Positions 8,429 through 18,008 of a stretch of DNA of 35,360 nt are shown here, piece after piece. Within the stretch, counting starts at the first letter, position 1. Every line of letters begins with the position of its first letter. The notes below the pieces were generated by a model. That model ran no database searches. It had not been told where the DNA came from and saw only the letters and a program-made list of their open reading frames with translations. Made by a program: the position numbers and the translations under genes. The stretch is from Thermoprotei archaeon (GTDB lineage: Archaea; Thermoproteota; Thermoprotei_A; Sulfolobales; Fervidicoccaceae), in the NCBI GenBank assembly GCA_022759165.1, contig JAEMPT010000082.1:1-35360 (forward strand), in the 5' to 3' direction.

Positions 8429-9130
8429 ATGCCTCAAATTTACGTGGGAACCAGCGGTTGGACTTACGACTGGAACGAGGGTGGTAGTTTCGACTGGTAT
8501 TCATCTTACTCAGGCCTCAACGCTGTCGAGTTGAATGCTAGCTTTTATAGATTTCCATTCCCTTCGCAAATCTCAGGGTGGAGGAAAAAAGGGGCTAATA
8601 TGAGGTGGTCAGTGAAGGTCAACAGGTTAATAACGCATATTAGAAGGCTTAGCCCTTTGTCGCTACAAACTTGGGAAAAGTTCAGAAGATTATTTACTGC
8701 GATGGACGAAGTCATCGATTTCTTCTTATTCCAGATGCCTCCAAATTTTTCATGCAATCGTGAGGCTCTTGAGAAAATAGAATTATTCGAAAAATCGGCA
8801 AAGCTTGGAAATAGAATGGCAATAGAATTCAGAAACTCCTCGTGCTTTAACGAAGAGGTGGTCAATTGGGCCGAAAAAATCGGTATAACCCTAGTCTCAG
8901 TTGATAGCCCACAAATTTCTTGGTTTATCAAGACAGGTAAAATAATTTACGTCAGGTTGCATGGTAGAAGTGATTGGTATATCCATCGATATACGGAAAA
9001 AGAGCTTGAAGAGATAGCCGAAAAATCTCTTTCACTGCACCCTGAGAAACTCTACGTTTTTTTCAATAATGACCACTGGATGCTAGACAATGCAAGGATG
9101 CTTCTCGAAATATTGAGGAAGAAAACCTAG
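8429..9130 (+). CDS. DUF72 (YecE-like) family protein
   Basis: MPQIYVGTSGWTYDWNEG...FY is the typical DUF72 N-terminus (IGTSGWxYxxW). The ORF track starts at TTG 8339, but the family normally begins at this motif, so ATG 8429 is preferred. Confidence 0.8.
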   Translation: MPQIYVGTSGWTYDWNEGGSFDWYSSYSGLNAVELNASFYRFPFPSQISGWRKKGANMRWSVKVNRLITHIRRLSPLSLQTWEKFRRLFTAMDEVIDFFLFQMPPNFSCNREALEKIELFEKSAKLGNRMAIEFRNSSCFNEEVVNWAEKIGITLVSVDSPQISWFIKTGKIIYVRLHGRSDWYIHRYTEKELEEIAEKSLSLHPEKLYVFFNNDHWMLDNARMLLEILRKKT

Positions 9131-9244
9131 CTTTCGGGCTCAAACGCTTAAATCTAGGGGTCCTCAAAAAATTGTGAAAATATCGTAAATTGTTCATAAA
9201 AATTTTTATGAAAGCAGTGCTTAACTTAATTTGGTGAGGAATGT

Positions 9245-9985
9245 TTGAAAAAAGCAACAGCTTTGATTGTCGCTGGAGGGAAGGGGACCAGATTTCATCC
9301 TTACACTGAGATAATCCCGAAGCCTATGATACCTCTTGGTAATGAAGAAAGGCCTGTGCTCGAATTCATTGTACGTTGGCTAGAAAGGTTTGGAATAAAG
9401 GATATAGTCATGCTTGTTAACCACAGGTGGAAATATATTAGAAACTACTTCGGAAATGGAGAGAGGTTTGGAGTGAGAATTACGTATTCAATAGATGAGC
9501 CAGGAGGCTACACTAACACAGGCGGAGCCGTCTATAAGGCTTATCTAGATGGTCTCGTGGATGATTTGGCCCTTATATGGTACGGAGACATTCTCGCTAA
9601 GATCGATTTGAACAACCTTCTTACATTTCATTTAGAGAAAAATTCCGAAATAACCTTAGTAGTCTCTAGAAAATACTCGGTCCCTGTTGGTGTAGCGGAG
9701 CTAGACCAAGATGGAAAGGTTAAAAGCATGGTTGAGAAGCCCGTGCTCAATATAAATGCTACAATTGGAGTGGGAGTTGTTCAAAGGAGCGTCTTCGAAG
9801 GCGGTATCATTGAAAAACTTAAGAAGGACTTTGACTTCATGGGCGACCTCGTACCGCACGCTATAAAAATGGGGAAAAGAGTCTATGGGTACATTTATGA
9901 AGGAGATTGGTACGACGTTGGTAGTTTGGAAAGGTATAAAAAAATCAATGAGAATGAGCTCGAAAGTGAGTTCGGTTTTCAATAA
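9245..9985 (+). CDS. Sugar-phosphate nucleotidyltransferase (RmlA/GlmU N-terminal-domain type)
   Basis: ALIVAGGKGTRFHPYTEIIPKPMIPL matches the GGxGTRLxPLTxxxPKPM signature. The TTG start at 9245 follows a GGTGAGG SD-like element at 9233-9239. Confidence 0.8.
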   Translation: MKKATALIVAGGKGTRFHPYTEIIPKPMIPLGNEERPVLEFIVRWLERFGIKDIVMLVNHRWKYIRNYFGNGERFGVRITYSIDEPGGYTNTGGAVYKAYLDGLVDDLALIWYGDILAKIDLNNLLTFHLEKNSEITLVVSRKYSVPVGVAELDQDGKVKSMVEKPVLNINATIGVGVVQRSVFEGGIIEKLKKDFDFMGDLVPHAIKMGKRVYGYIYEGDWYDVGSLERYKKINENELESEFGFQ

Positions 9986-10005
9986 ATATTCTTTTGGATT
10001 TTCCT

Positions 10006-10023
10006 CCCGCCTTTTAAGGCGGG
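10006..10023 (+). terminator. Hairpin CCCGCC-TTTTAA-GGCGGG flanked by T-tracts after the nucleotidyltransferase gene
   Basis: A perfect 6-bp GC stem with a 6-nt loop, read directly from the sequence. It follows CTTTTGGATTTTCC, 20 nt after the stop at 9985. Archaeal termination is mainly T-tract driven, so a functional role is inferred. Confidence 0.3.
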
Positions 10024-10060
10024 TGCTTCAGTTGTAATAGCAATAAGGAAAAGTTTAAAC

Positions 10061-11611
10061 TTGTGTCTCCCTATTAGCTTCTTTGTCGAGGTGCTCGAAT
10101 TGGATAACTCGTTTAAAAGATATTTCTCTGACCCAACTGTACTTGAGATATTGAATAAATACAAACAGATATGGAGTCTAGGCTATGCAATGTCGCTTAT
10201 TGAGTGGGACATGGAGACCTATATGCCACCTGAGGGTATAGCAGAAAGGGGTACAGCGAACTCACAGCTAGCAGTCCTACAGCATAAGCTTTTGCTTTCT
10301 CCAGATTTCCAGGAACTGGTGGAAAAGGCCAAAGGAAAAGAAGGGCTAAGCGATCAGGAGAAGGGGGTAATCAGGGTCCTGGGCAGGGAGGTTGAGAGAG
10401 CAAGGAAGCTTCCGGAGAGGCTTATAGCTGAACTGAGGGAAGTTACAACAAAAGCGCATGAAGCCTGGGTTATCTCGAGGGAAAAGAAGGAGGCTGAACC
10501 CTTCCTTTCTTACTTAGACAAAATAGTAGCGCTAGAAAGAGAAATGGCTGATAAACTCGGGTATGAAGAGCATCCATACGATGCATTGATGGATTACTTC
10601 GAAGAGGGGTTTACGACCAAAAAGGCTGATGAAATGTTCACTGCCATATTACCCACGCTGAAAAAATCCCTGGAAAAAGTAATGAATGATGAGACTTTTC
10701 CAAGGTGTCATTATCTTGAGACATTCAGATATGAAATTAGTAAAGCAGAAAGAATAAACAGGAAGATACTTGAGACCGTGGGATTTCCAAAGAGCAGGGC
10801 CAGGCTTGATGTATCGGCCCATCCGTTCACTATAAACATAGGACTGAAGGATGTGAGGATAACTACAAGGTATGAGGGGTTCGATATAAGGAGGACGATT
10901 CTATCCACGGTCCACGAGTTCGGACATGCTCTCTATGAACTACAGATAGATGAAGCATTGTCCGGCACTCCCATAGGGACGGGAGTTAGTATGGGGGTGC
11001 ATGAGAGCCAATCCAGATTTTGGGAGAATGTCTTGGGGAGGAGCAGGGCTTTCTCCGCTATAATAGGGGAGCTACTTAGAGGAGAATTCCCAGAGCTAAA
11101 AGATTATAGCGATGGAGAAATCTATAGATACGTAAACCTTGTCAGACCAAGCCTAATAAGAGTAGATGCTGATGAGTTGACCTACAACTTCCACATAGCA
11201 TTGAGGTTCGAAATTGAGAAGCGTCTCATAGCTGGGGAAGTAAAAGTCTCAGACGTCCCAGAGTTATGGAACAACATGATGGAGAGTATGCTGGGCGTAA
11301 GACCGAGAAACTTTGCTGAGGGGTTCCTGCAGGACATCCATTGGAGTCAAGGCAGCATAGGATACTTCCCCTCCTACAGCCTTGGGACAGTGCTAGCGGC
11401 GCAGATAGGGGCTAAAATGGAATCAGATATGGGAAAGCTAGGAGAAATAATTGAGAGAAGGGATTTCGGAGCCGTAAGGGAGTGGCTCAGGGAAAAGATA
11501 CATAGGTTCGGCTCAACATATGCTCCTAGGGAGCTTCTCAAGAATTCACTCGGCGAGGATGTAAACCCAAGCTACTTTGCTAAATATATTGAGGAAAAAT
11601 ATTCTAAATAA
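10061..11611 (+). CDS. M32 metallocarboxypeptidase (carboxypeptidase Taq family)
   Basis: The full M32 motif set is present in order: SAHPFT, HEFGHALYE (HExxH), HESQSRFWEN, IRVDADELTYNFH, LQDIHWSQG. The start is uncertain: TTG 10061, GTG 10091 or TTG 10100. Confidence 0.9.
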   Translation: MCLPISFFVEVLELDNSFKRYFSDPTVLEILNKYKQIWSLGYAMSLIEWDMETYMPPEGIAERGTANSQLAVLQHKLLLSPDFQELVEKAKGKEGLSDQEKGVIRVLGREVERARKLPERLIAELREVTTKAHEAWVISREKKEAEPFLSYLDKIVALEREMADKLGYEEHPYDALMDYFEEGFTTKKADEMFTAILPTLKKSLEKVMNDETFPRCHYLETFRYEISKAERINRKILETVGFPKSRARLDVSAHPFTINIGLKDVRITTRYEGFDIRRTILSTVHEFGHALYELQIDEALSGTPIGTGVSMGVHESQSRFWENVLGRSRAFSAIIGELLRGEFPELKDYSDGEIYRYVNLVRPSLIRVDADELTYNFHIALRFEIEKRLIAGEVKVSDVPELWNNMMESMLGVRPRNFAEGFLQDIHWSQGSIGYFPSYSLGTVLAAQIGAKMESDMGKLGEIIERRDFGAVREWLREKIHRFGSTYAPRELLKNSLGEDVNPSYFAKYIEEKYSK

Positions 11612-12722
11612 TGCCTTTTATGAAGGCACCGTTTTCGTAGACCAAATCTCCATCTACGTATATTTTCCCCTTTCTCATGTCTTTTATCATATCCCAATGG
11701 ATTGAGGAGAAGTTCTTCCCTCCCGTTTGGATATATGCCGATCCCAGCGCCAAATGTATGGTACCGCCTATCTTTTCATCGAATAAAATCTCCCTGGTGA
11801 ACCTGTCTATATTATAGTTCAACCCGAATGCAAATTCTCCTAGCCTCTTTGCACCATCATCAGTAGCGATCATTTTCTTCAAGAACTCCTCTCCTTTTTC
11901 GGCTGAGGCCTCAATTACTTCGCCCTTTTTGAAGTTTAACCGGATCCCCTTAACTTCCACTCCTCTCCAGATTGCTGGATAGCTATATGTAATGTATCCT
12001 TCTGCTGAATCCTCAATCGGGGAGCTGAATACCTCGCCTCCAGGCATATTATTCTTTCCATCGTCATTTACCCAGATTCTACCATCGAACCTCAAATAAA
12101 GGTCTGTATCATCAGCAAGCACTCTGATCTCCTTGGCCTTTTTTAGGAAAAGGGCTACTTTTTCCTGCTGCGCTGCTTGCTTGGTCCATTCCAGCACAGG
12201 ATCTTCTGAGAAAAGCTTCACTGCCCTGAATACGAACTCTCTCCATTCTAACGGAGAAAACCCGGCTTCCTGAGCCATTGAATTCGTTGGATACGCTGTC
12301 ACCGTCCACCTGAGAGTGCCACTAGCATCTCTTTTAAGCATTATGTCACTGAGGGGCTTAGAAGCCAACGCCACCTTTCTAATCCTCTCCGGGTCTACAT
12401 TTATGAGTGGCTTTGAATGCGTGGGGGCTATGATTCGTATCATGCCGCTGATGTTTTCCATTATAAATTTGTCTATCGGAGAAAGGTACTCCAGAAGCTC
12501 AGGAGGCGCATACCTATAGAAGTACTCGTTTAGCTCTTCATTGGAAATGACTATTCTCGGGTATCCGCCTGCGTCTACGACCTTCTTGAATATCTCCGTT
12601 ATTAAAGGCATAGCAGCTATAGTAGAGGATATGGATATTTCGGAAAGGGGCTTAACTCCTATGCAGTAGTTCACGAGAAGAGTCGCGAACTTTTCTTCGG
12701 GTGTCTTGAAGGACATCAACAT
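11604..12722 (-). CDS. M29 aminopeptidase (AmpS/PepS/aminopeptidase T family)
   Basis: C-terminal GGTIHLALGSAY and SSIHWDMI are characteristic of thermophilic M29 aminopeptidases. GGTGG lies directly before the first ATG, so the third codon ATG (12716) may be the real start. The 3' end overlaps the M32 gene by 8 nt (convergent). Confidence 0.85.
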   Translation of the reverse strand: MLMSFKTPEEKFATLLVNYCIGVKPLSEISISSTIAAMPLITEIFKKVVDAGGYPRIVISNEELNEYFYRYAPPELLEYLSPIDKFIMENISGMIRIIAPTHSKPLINVDPERIRKVALASKPLSDIMLKRDASGTLRWTVTAYPTNSMAQEAGFSPLEWREFVFRAVKLFSEDPVLEWTKQAAQQEKVALFLKKAKEIRVLADDTDLYLRFDGRIWVNDDGKNNMPGGEVFSSPIEDSAEGYITYSYPAIWRGVEVKGIRLNFKKGEVIEASAEKGEEFLKKMIATDDGAKRLGEFAFGLNYNIDRFTREILFDEKIGGTIHLALGSAYIQTGGKNFSSIHWDMIKDMRKGKIYVDGDLVYENGAFIKGII

Positions 12723-12767
12723 CCACCTAGCAGGGTTTATTATTATGAAGGGAGAGATTTAAAGTTT

Positions 12768-12828
12768 GGGATGATGTAGCTCGAAAGGACGGAGCTGAAG
12801 CGATGACAGCCCCGCGCAGGTCTGACCT
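12768..12828 (+). ncRNA. Candidate C/D box sRNA
   Basis: C box AUGAUGU (12771-12777) and D box CUGA (12822-12825). Internal boxes fit the 12-nt spacing rule as CGGA (12790-12793) and AUGACAG (12803-12809), or canonical CUGA (12795-12798) and GAUGA (12802-12806) with longer spacers. Flanks GGG/CCU can form a short terminal stem. TTTATTATTAT (12736-12746) lies about 26 nt upstream. The segment is GC-rich within an AT-rich spacer. No target could be checked. Confidence 0.3.
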
Positions 12829-13766
12829 TATTGAGTAGGTTCTTCATGAATGTGAATTTGCTTAACCATTGGAATTCTCTCCTTGACCTCAGACTCAATC
12901 TCATCTGCTATAGAATGTGCTTCCTCTAGGCTCATTTTTCCATTCACTTCAAGTACTAGATCCACCAGTAGGTCTCCTCCAGAGTCCCTCACTATAACTT
13001 CTTTTACGCCTTTAACCCCTTTGATTGAACTAGTTATTTGCTTTATCTTTGGGACGATTTCCTCTACGTTTTTGTCCATGAGGACTTGCGATACCTTAGT
13101 CATCAGCCCGAGCGCCTCATATAGGATAAACATGGAGATCGCTAACGTGAGTAAAGCGTCTATTCTAGCAATGCCGGTAGCATACCCTATGATAACCCCT
13201 ACAGTAGCACCAAGAGTAATTAAAGCATCCATTTTGTGATGCAGGGCATCTGCGAGACATAGAGAGGAGTTACTTGAATCTCCCAGCCTTTTGGCGAAAA
13301 TATAGTTATAATATTTAATCGCTACGCTGATCAGAGTTATAGTTGATGCCAACACTATATATTTCCCTTCATAAGGAGCTGGTGCGAGGAAAGATCTGAC
13401 TCCCTCAACTAAAAATATTCCGCCCAGGACAAAGAGCGCGACTCCTATGAACAAGGATCCTAGGTCTGCGGCCTTCCCATGCCCAAACGGATGATCTTCA
13501 TCCGGGGGTCTCGAGGCGATCTTCGAAGATACAAATACTCCCAAGGAAGTTATACTGTCACTGAGGCCATGGAAAGCATCGGTTATCAATGCACCACTGC
13601 CTATTAAAAGGCCAGCCACCAGCCTCAGGAAAAATATCACAATGTTTATAAATATTGAAGCTATTGCTTCTATTCTTTCCGCCTTTCTAGGATCTGTTCT
13701 ACGCAATTCATTTATGGTTCTAGCCATTCCTCCTCTGATTTGACAGGTTTTCAATGTTATTTTCAT
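12828..13766 (-). CDS. Cation diffusion facilitator (CDF) family divalent-metal efflux transporter
   Basis: Six TM segments carry the CDF metal-site motifs ITDAFHGLSDS (TM2) and LADALHHKMDAL (TM5). A C-terminal cytoplasmic alpha/beta domain is present. An alternative start is MARTINE (codon 14). Confidence 0.85.
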   Translation of the reverse strand: MKITLKTCQIRGGMARTINELRRTDPRKAERIEAIASIFINIVIFFLRLVAGLLIGSGALITDAFHGLSDSITSLGVFVSSKIASRPPDEDHPFGHGKAADLGSLFIGVALFVLGGIFLVEGVRSFLAPAPYEGKYIVLASTITLISVAIKYYNYIFAKRLGDSSNSSLCLADALHHKMDALITLGATVGVIIGYATGIARIDALLTLAISMFILYEALGLMTKVSQVLMDKNVEEIVPKIKQITSSIKGVKGVKEVIVRDSGGDLLVDLVLEVNGKMSLEEAHSIADEIESEVKERIPMVKQIHIHEEPTQ

Positions 13767-14437
13767 AGAACCCTATATTTGTTTCTATTGAAAATGCTAT
13801 AAGCCGCTAGAGCTATTATAAGAAAAGAAAAGAGCTCAAGAATCGTCAATTTCTCTACCGGAAGCTTTGTTCCCGAAACTGGTCCGTAGGGAGAGATTTC
13901 TAAGAAGAAGGCATAGACATTGCCCTGCTGAGAAGAGATATAGAAGTTCTCCATTATAAGAAGACCAGTCGAAGAATCATACATGGCGCTTTTAGAGCCT
14001 GAGGCAAAGCTTATCGTGACATCTATTCCTTCGACGAATCTTCCGTCACTGAGCTGGAATATCCCTTTACCTCCGTATGAAATCGTCCAGCCGTTCATTT
14101 CAATCCTGCCATTTTTCATAAGGGCGCTTATATTTTGTTGAGATAACCTGAAATGCGAAATGCTCGGCATTTCAATGACAGATTTTAGATCTTCCTGCGG
14201 TATTCCAAGTATAGACCCGGTTAGCGTGATGTCGGGAAACGGAGATTCCTTATAGAAAACTGTTAAGTTGGACAAGTAGTTCCCAGCTGCCATATTATCA
14301 TAGCTATCGTAAATTAGCAAATCGTATGGTATGTTGCCATTATTAATTATGTTTTGGTAATTCTCCGCGTGAACTTGAGGAATTGTAGCCAAGAGCAACG
14401 ATACTAGCAATGCCGAAGCTATCAGGAGCCTGACCAT
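13763..14437 (-). CDS. Secreted, C-terminally membrane-anchored protein of unknown function
   Basis: N-terminal signal peptide MVRLLIASALLVSLLLATIPQVHA|EN. A beta-rich Ser/Asn/Gly body. A C-terminal TM plus basic tail (LTILELFSFLIIALAAYSIFNRNKYRVL). Its TGA overlaps the CDF ATG (ATGA). Confidence 0.5.
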   Translation of the reverse strand: MVRLLIASALLVSLLLATIPQVHAENYQNIINNGNIPYDLLIYDSYDNMAAGNYLSNLTVFYKESPFPDITLTGSILGIPQEDLKSVIEMPSISHFRLSQQNISALMKNGRIEMNGWTISYGGKGIFQLSDGRFVEGIDVTISFASGSKSAMYDSSTGLLIMENFYISSQQGNVYAFFLEISPYGPVSGTKLPVEKLTILELFSFLIIALAAYSIFNRNKYRVL

Positions 14438-14486
14438 GAATCATCGAATTGTTTTTAGATCACATAGATTAAAAAATAATTATATT

Positions 14487-16781
14487 TTAAGGAAACAAAG
14501 CCTGTAGAATGTATAGCATGTACAGCGGTATGAAGACTAGCGATATCGTGTTGAGCAACTTTATCAATATATGGAGTGATGGGCCGACTGTGTCTTTCAG
14601 AGGATCGCCAACGGTGTCTCCTACGACTGTCGCCTCATGGACAGGCGAGCCTTTACCTCCAAGGTTCCCGGCCTCAACATATTTTTTCGCATTATCCCAC
14701 GCTGCCCCTCCCCACATCATCATTATACCTAAAACGATGGAGCTTGCGGTTGCACCTACTACTAGCGCTCCAACCGCTTGTCCTCCGAATAATATCCCTA
14801 AAACGAGCGGTGTCACTATTATGGAAAGGGATGGTCCTATCATGTTCTTTATGGCATACTGCGTGCTTATATCCACTGCCCTATAGTAATCTGGCTTTTC
14901 CTTGCCCTCCAAGATCCCGGGTCTTTCCTTGAACTGTCTCCTCACTTCCTCCACGATCATATAAGCTGCCCTGGTCACAGCTTTAAGACCCATAGAGGTA
15001 AAGTAATATGGAAGCATTGCGCCGATCAATATTGAGATTAGGATTACAGGCTTCGTTACCACTAGCCCGCTTAGAAAGTTCATGAGTGCATTGGCGAATC
15101 CAGCTAAGCTTATAGAAATGCCCGAAGTTGTAGCATATAGGACCGATGGGTCCCTGGCAACATAATCCTGGACAAATGCCTGGAAGAGCAAAAGAGCGGC
15201 GAGCGCGGCGCTACCCATAGCGTATCCTTTGGTTAGGGCCTTAGTTACGTTGCCAAGGGCATCAAGCGGCTCCAACCTCTCTCTAACCTCTTCGCTCAGG
15301 CCGCTCATTTCCGCTATCCCTCCGGCGTTGTCAGCTATAGGACCTGAGCCGTCCAGTGTCATGATTATTCCGGCCAAGGTTATCATGGCCATTGTCGCTG
15401 TTGCGCTACCATATATCCCATATATGAACCTGGAGAGATTCACCCCCCCTACGCTGTTTTGAAGCACCTCAGGCAAGGGAGCAGCATAAAGTGCATAGAA
15501 GGATGCTAATATGGCTATTGATATGGTTACTATTGGAATAATAGTCGACTTCATTCCGACAGAAAGTCCTGAAAGGAACGTGAGCGCTGGGCCGCTTTTA
15601 CTGCTCTCAGCTATCTCGATAACGCTCTTCGATTTCAGCCCAGTGTAGTAGTTTGTAACAAGCACCATCACTATCCCTGTTGCAATCCCAACGATTGAGG
15701 CAATGTATAGGTTTAGCCATATATCAGGCAATTCATACTTGTAAAGCAAAGGCAACAGTATAAGAGAAATTATTGATGAAACTATTACACCGTTTCTCAT
15801 CGGCTCAATTGGGTCTTTATATTTCTTCTGCATGATTATGGTAAAAATTCCTGGAATTGCTGCCACTATGCCAACTATCGATACCAATAATGGAAGGAAC
15901 ATGAACTTAGAAGAGTATTCTATCGGTAAACCGGCATTTGATAAAATGTAGTAAGTGGCCCACCCTATCATCATGGCTCCTATGGTTTCTGCCGTCACGC
16001 TCTCGAAGATATCTGCCCCCCTTCCAGCGCAGTCGCCAACATTATCCCCAACCTGGTCTGCTATCACTGCTGGATTTCTTGGGTCGTCCTCTGGTATCGA
16101 GGCTTCTAATTTTCCTACTAGATCGGCACCGATGTCTGCAGCTTTAGTGTAGATCCCCCCTCCTAGCTGGGCGAAAAGGGCTGAGAGGCTCGCTCCGAAG
16201 GCGAAACCGGCCATGCTGTCCAAAACGAACCTCAAGGTTATTGGGCTCTGTATAGACGCTCCGAAAAACGCCGAGTATGCTAGATAAATCGTTGAGATAA
16301 ACAAGAGCGATAGAGATGGAACCGAAAGCCCTAAGACTGCCCCTCCAAGAACGGAGTTCCTGAGCGCTCTTTGGGAACTTTTAATTGCACCTGCCGTAGC
16401 TCTGACATTTGCCCTCGTAGAAGCGTCCATACTGAAGAAGGCGGCGATAACCGAAGAGAGGGAGCCAAGAAATACGGATATGCCCACCAGGGCAGATTCT
16501 TTTAGCACCTCCTCCTCGAATTGAGGATAGGCTCCTAAAAGCCTAGCCTTATAACCGAGGTATACAGCTACAAAAACTATCACTGACATAACTGCTGAAA
16601 AAGGCAATATGGTTTTCGTTTGCCTTTTCATATAAGCAGATGACCCTTCCCTTATAGCCTTCCAAATTTCTATCATTCGTTCATTGCCTACGTCTTCCTT
16701 AGAAAGCACATAATACATAGCAAGAGCGAACAGAAAACCGATCGCACCACCCAATATTCCAAAAGCGACAAGAGATTCCAA
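14487..16781 (-). CDS. hppA: Membrane-bound proton-translocating pyrophosphatase, predicted K+-independent subtype
   Basis: Diagnostic motifs DQVGDNVGDCAGRGADIFES and VVGDTVGDPLKDTVGPS; about 16 TM segments. The segment GNVTKALTKG carries Lys and Thr at the positions (GNTTKAxTKG) that distinguish K+-independent from K+-dependent (GNTTAAxGKG) enzymes, as I recall that literature. Confidence 0.95.
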   Translation of the reverse strand: MESLVAFGILGGAIGFLFALAMYYVLSKEDVGNERMIEIWKAIREGSSAYMKRQTKTILPFSAVMSVIVFVAVYLGYKARLLGAYPQFEEEVLKESALVGISVFLGSLSSVIAAFFSMDASTRANVRATAGAIKSSQRALRNSVLGGAVLGLSVPSLSLLFISTIYLAYSAFFGASIQSPITLRFVLDSMAGFAFGASLSALFAQLGGGIYTKAADIGADLVGKLEASIPEDDPRNPAVIADQVGDNVGDCAGRGADIFESVTAETIGAMMIGWATYYILSNAGLPIEYSSKFMFLPLLVSIVGIVAAIPGIFTIIMQKKYKDPIEPMRNGVIVSSIISLILLPLLYKYELPDIWLNLYIASIVGIATGIVMVLVTNYYTGLKSKSVIEIAESSKSGPALTFLSGLSVGMKSTIIPIVTISIAILASFYALYAAPLPEVLQNSVGGVNLSRFIYGIYGSATATMAMITLAGIIMTLDGSGPIADNAGGIAEMSGLSEEVRERLEPLDALGNVTKALTKGYAMGSAALAALLLFQAFVQDYVARDPSVLYATTSGISISLAGFANALMNFLSGLVVTKPVILISILIGAMLPYYFTSMGLKAVTRAAYMIVEEVRRQFKERPGILEGKEKPDYYRAVDISTQYAIKNMIGPSLSIIVTPLVLGILFGGQAVGALVVGATASSIVLGIMMMWGGAAWDNAKKYVEAGNLGGKGSPVHEATVVGDTVGDPLKDTVGPSLHILIKLLNTISLVFIPLYMLYILQALFP

Positions 16782-16968
16782 AGCTCCACCACCTTTTTTG
16801 CTTTATCGATATGTTGACTTCTAAATCTAAGCTTTTATCAAGCTCACAACTAGCGTTTTTATTTTTTACTTTCAATTATAAATAGTGATAAATGCGCGAC
16901 AACGTGATTTCTGATTTCAAGAGAAAATTTATTATGCTATAAAATGACATAATTTTTGAGGTGTTAGC

Positions 16969-17982
16969 TTGAAGGCTACTCTTATAATAATAGCTCTCAT
17001 ACTAATAGCGGTTATCACCTCTGCTGCGGTCTTGTATATCAATTCAGGAAGTAAAAGCGGTAATGTAGCTGGAAGTAACTACAGGTTCGTCACAGACGCT
17101 CTAGGTAGAAACGTAACGGTCCCCTTGGACGTCTCTAGAATCGTTGTCCTAGACCAAGGCTCGGCAGAAATAGTTTATTCCGTTGGAGCTGGTAACCTTA
17201 TTGTCGGAAGGCTTGACTCAATGAACTTTCCTCCAAGCATATTGAATGCGACAGCCCTCACGTATACCAACGGGGTAGATTTGGAGCAGCTTGCCTCCTT
17301 GCATCCAGATCTCATTATTACATACATAAGAAGCCAGCAGGAGCTACAAAGCTATGAGACCCATAACTTTACAGTCATAGGCGTTCCGTGGACAAATAGC
17401 ATTGAAGATATTTATAACACGATAAGCCTAATAGGAAAGGCGCTTGGCAGAGAAAGCAGGGCGAATTACGTAATATCTTTCTTGAACGAAACAGTGAACA
17501 ATATAACCTCTATGGTTTCCTCCTCGAAAGAAAGACCTAGAGTGCTATTCATCAGAACTATCGGGACTACTGGTATACAGGTAGTAACGCAGGGGATCGA
17601 AAATCAACTTATAGAATTGGCCGGAGGGGTAAGCCTGAGCAATGGGTTATCCAAAAACACGAGCACTGTTTTCATAAATTATGAAGATTTAGTTAAAATG
17701 AACCCTGACATCATAATCCTTAGCTATAGAGTATCGCAAAGCGTGAATGATATATTAAACGATTCGAGGCTTCAGGACGTCAATGCTGTAAAGAACGGAT
17801 ATATCTTCAAGGCATCAAAGGAGTATACCCCAACGAGTCCTAGGTTTGTCCTCCTCTTGGCATACATGGCAAAATGCATACATCCAAACGAAACCTCCAA
17901 TTTGAACATAAGCAGCCTGCGAATTCAGCTTTATAAGAATATATATGGATTAAGCGATAGCGAGATATCACAGATCAAATAG
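16969..17982 (+). CDS. ABC importer substrate-binding protein, Fe-siderophore/cobalamin (cluster A-2, PF01497-like)
   Basis: N-terminal membrane anchor. RIVVLDQGSAEIVYSVGAG, LHPDLIITY and MNPDIIILS are typical of FecB/BtuF-type binding proteins. TTG start. Confidence 0.8.
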   Translation: MKATLIIIALILIAVITSAAVLYINSGSKSGNVAGSNYRFVTDALGRNVTVPLDVSRIVVLDQGSAEIVYSVGAGNLIVGRLDSMNFPPSILNATALTYTNGVDLEQLASLHPDLIITYIRSQQELQSYETHNFTVIGVPWTNSIEDIYNTISLIGKALGRESRANYVISFLNETVNNITSMVSSSKERPRVLFIRTIGTTGIQVVTQGIENQLIELAGGVSLSNGLSKNTSTVFINYEDLVKMNPDIIILSYRVSQSVNDILNDSRLQDVNAVKNGYIFKASKEYTPTSPRFVLLLAYMAKCIHPNETSNLNISSLRIQLYKNIYGLSDSEISQIK

Positions 17983-18008
17983 GAGAAGCTCTTGAAGATG
18001 ATCCGAGA

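Noticed and set aside
16880-16925. Partial C/D-like pattern GTGATAA-12 nt-GTGA-TTT-CTGA in the hppA/ABC divergent promoter
   Set aside because: The C box is imperfect, only one guide-length spacer is present, and there is no second half or terminal stem. It is too short for a dual-guide sRNA.
16782-16968. Cobalamin or other riboswitch upstream of the ABC importer operons
   Set aside because: The leader is AT-rich promoter-like sequence with no B12-box-like GC-rich core. Riboswitches of this class are not expected in archaea.
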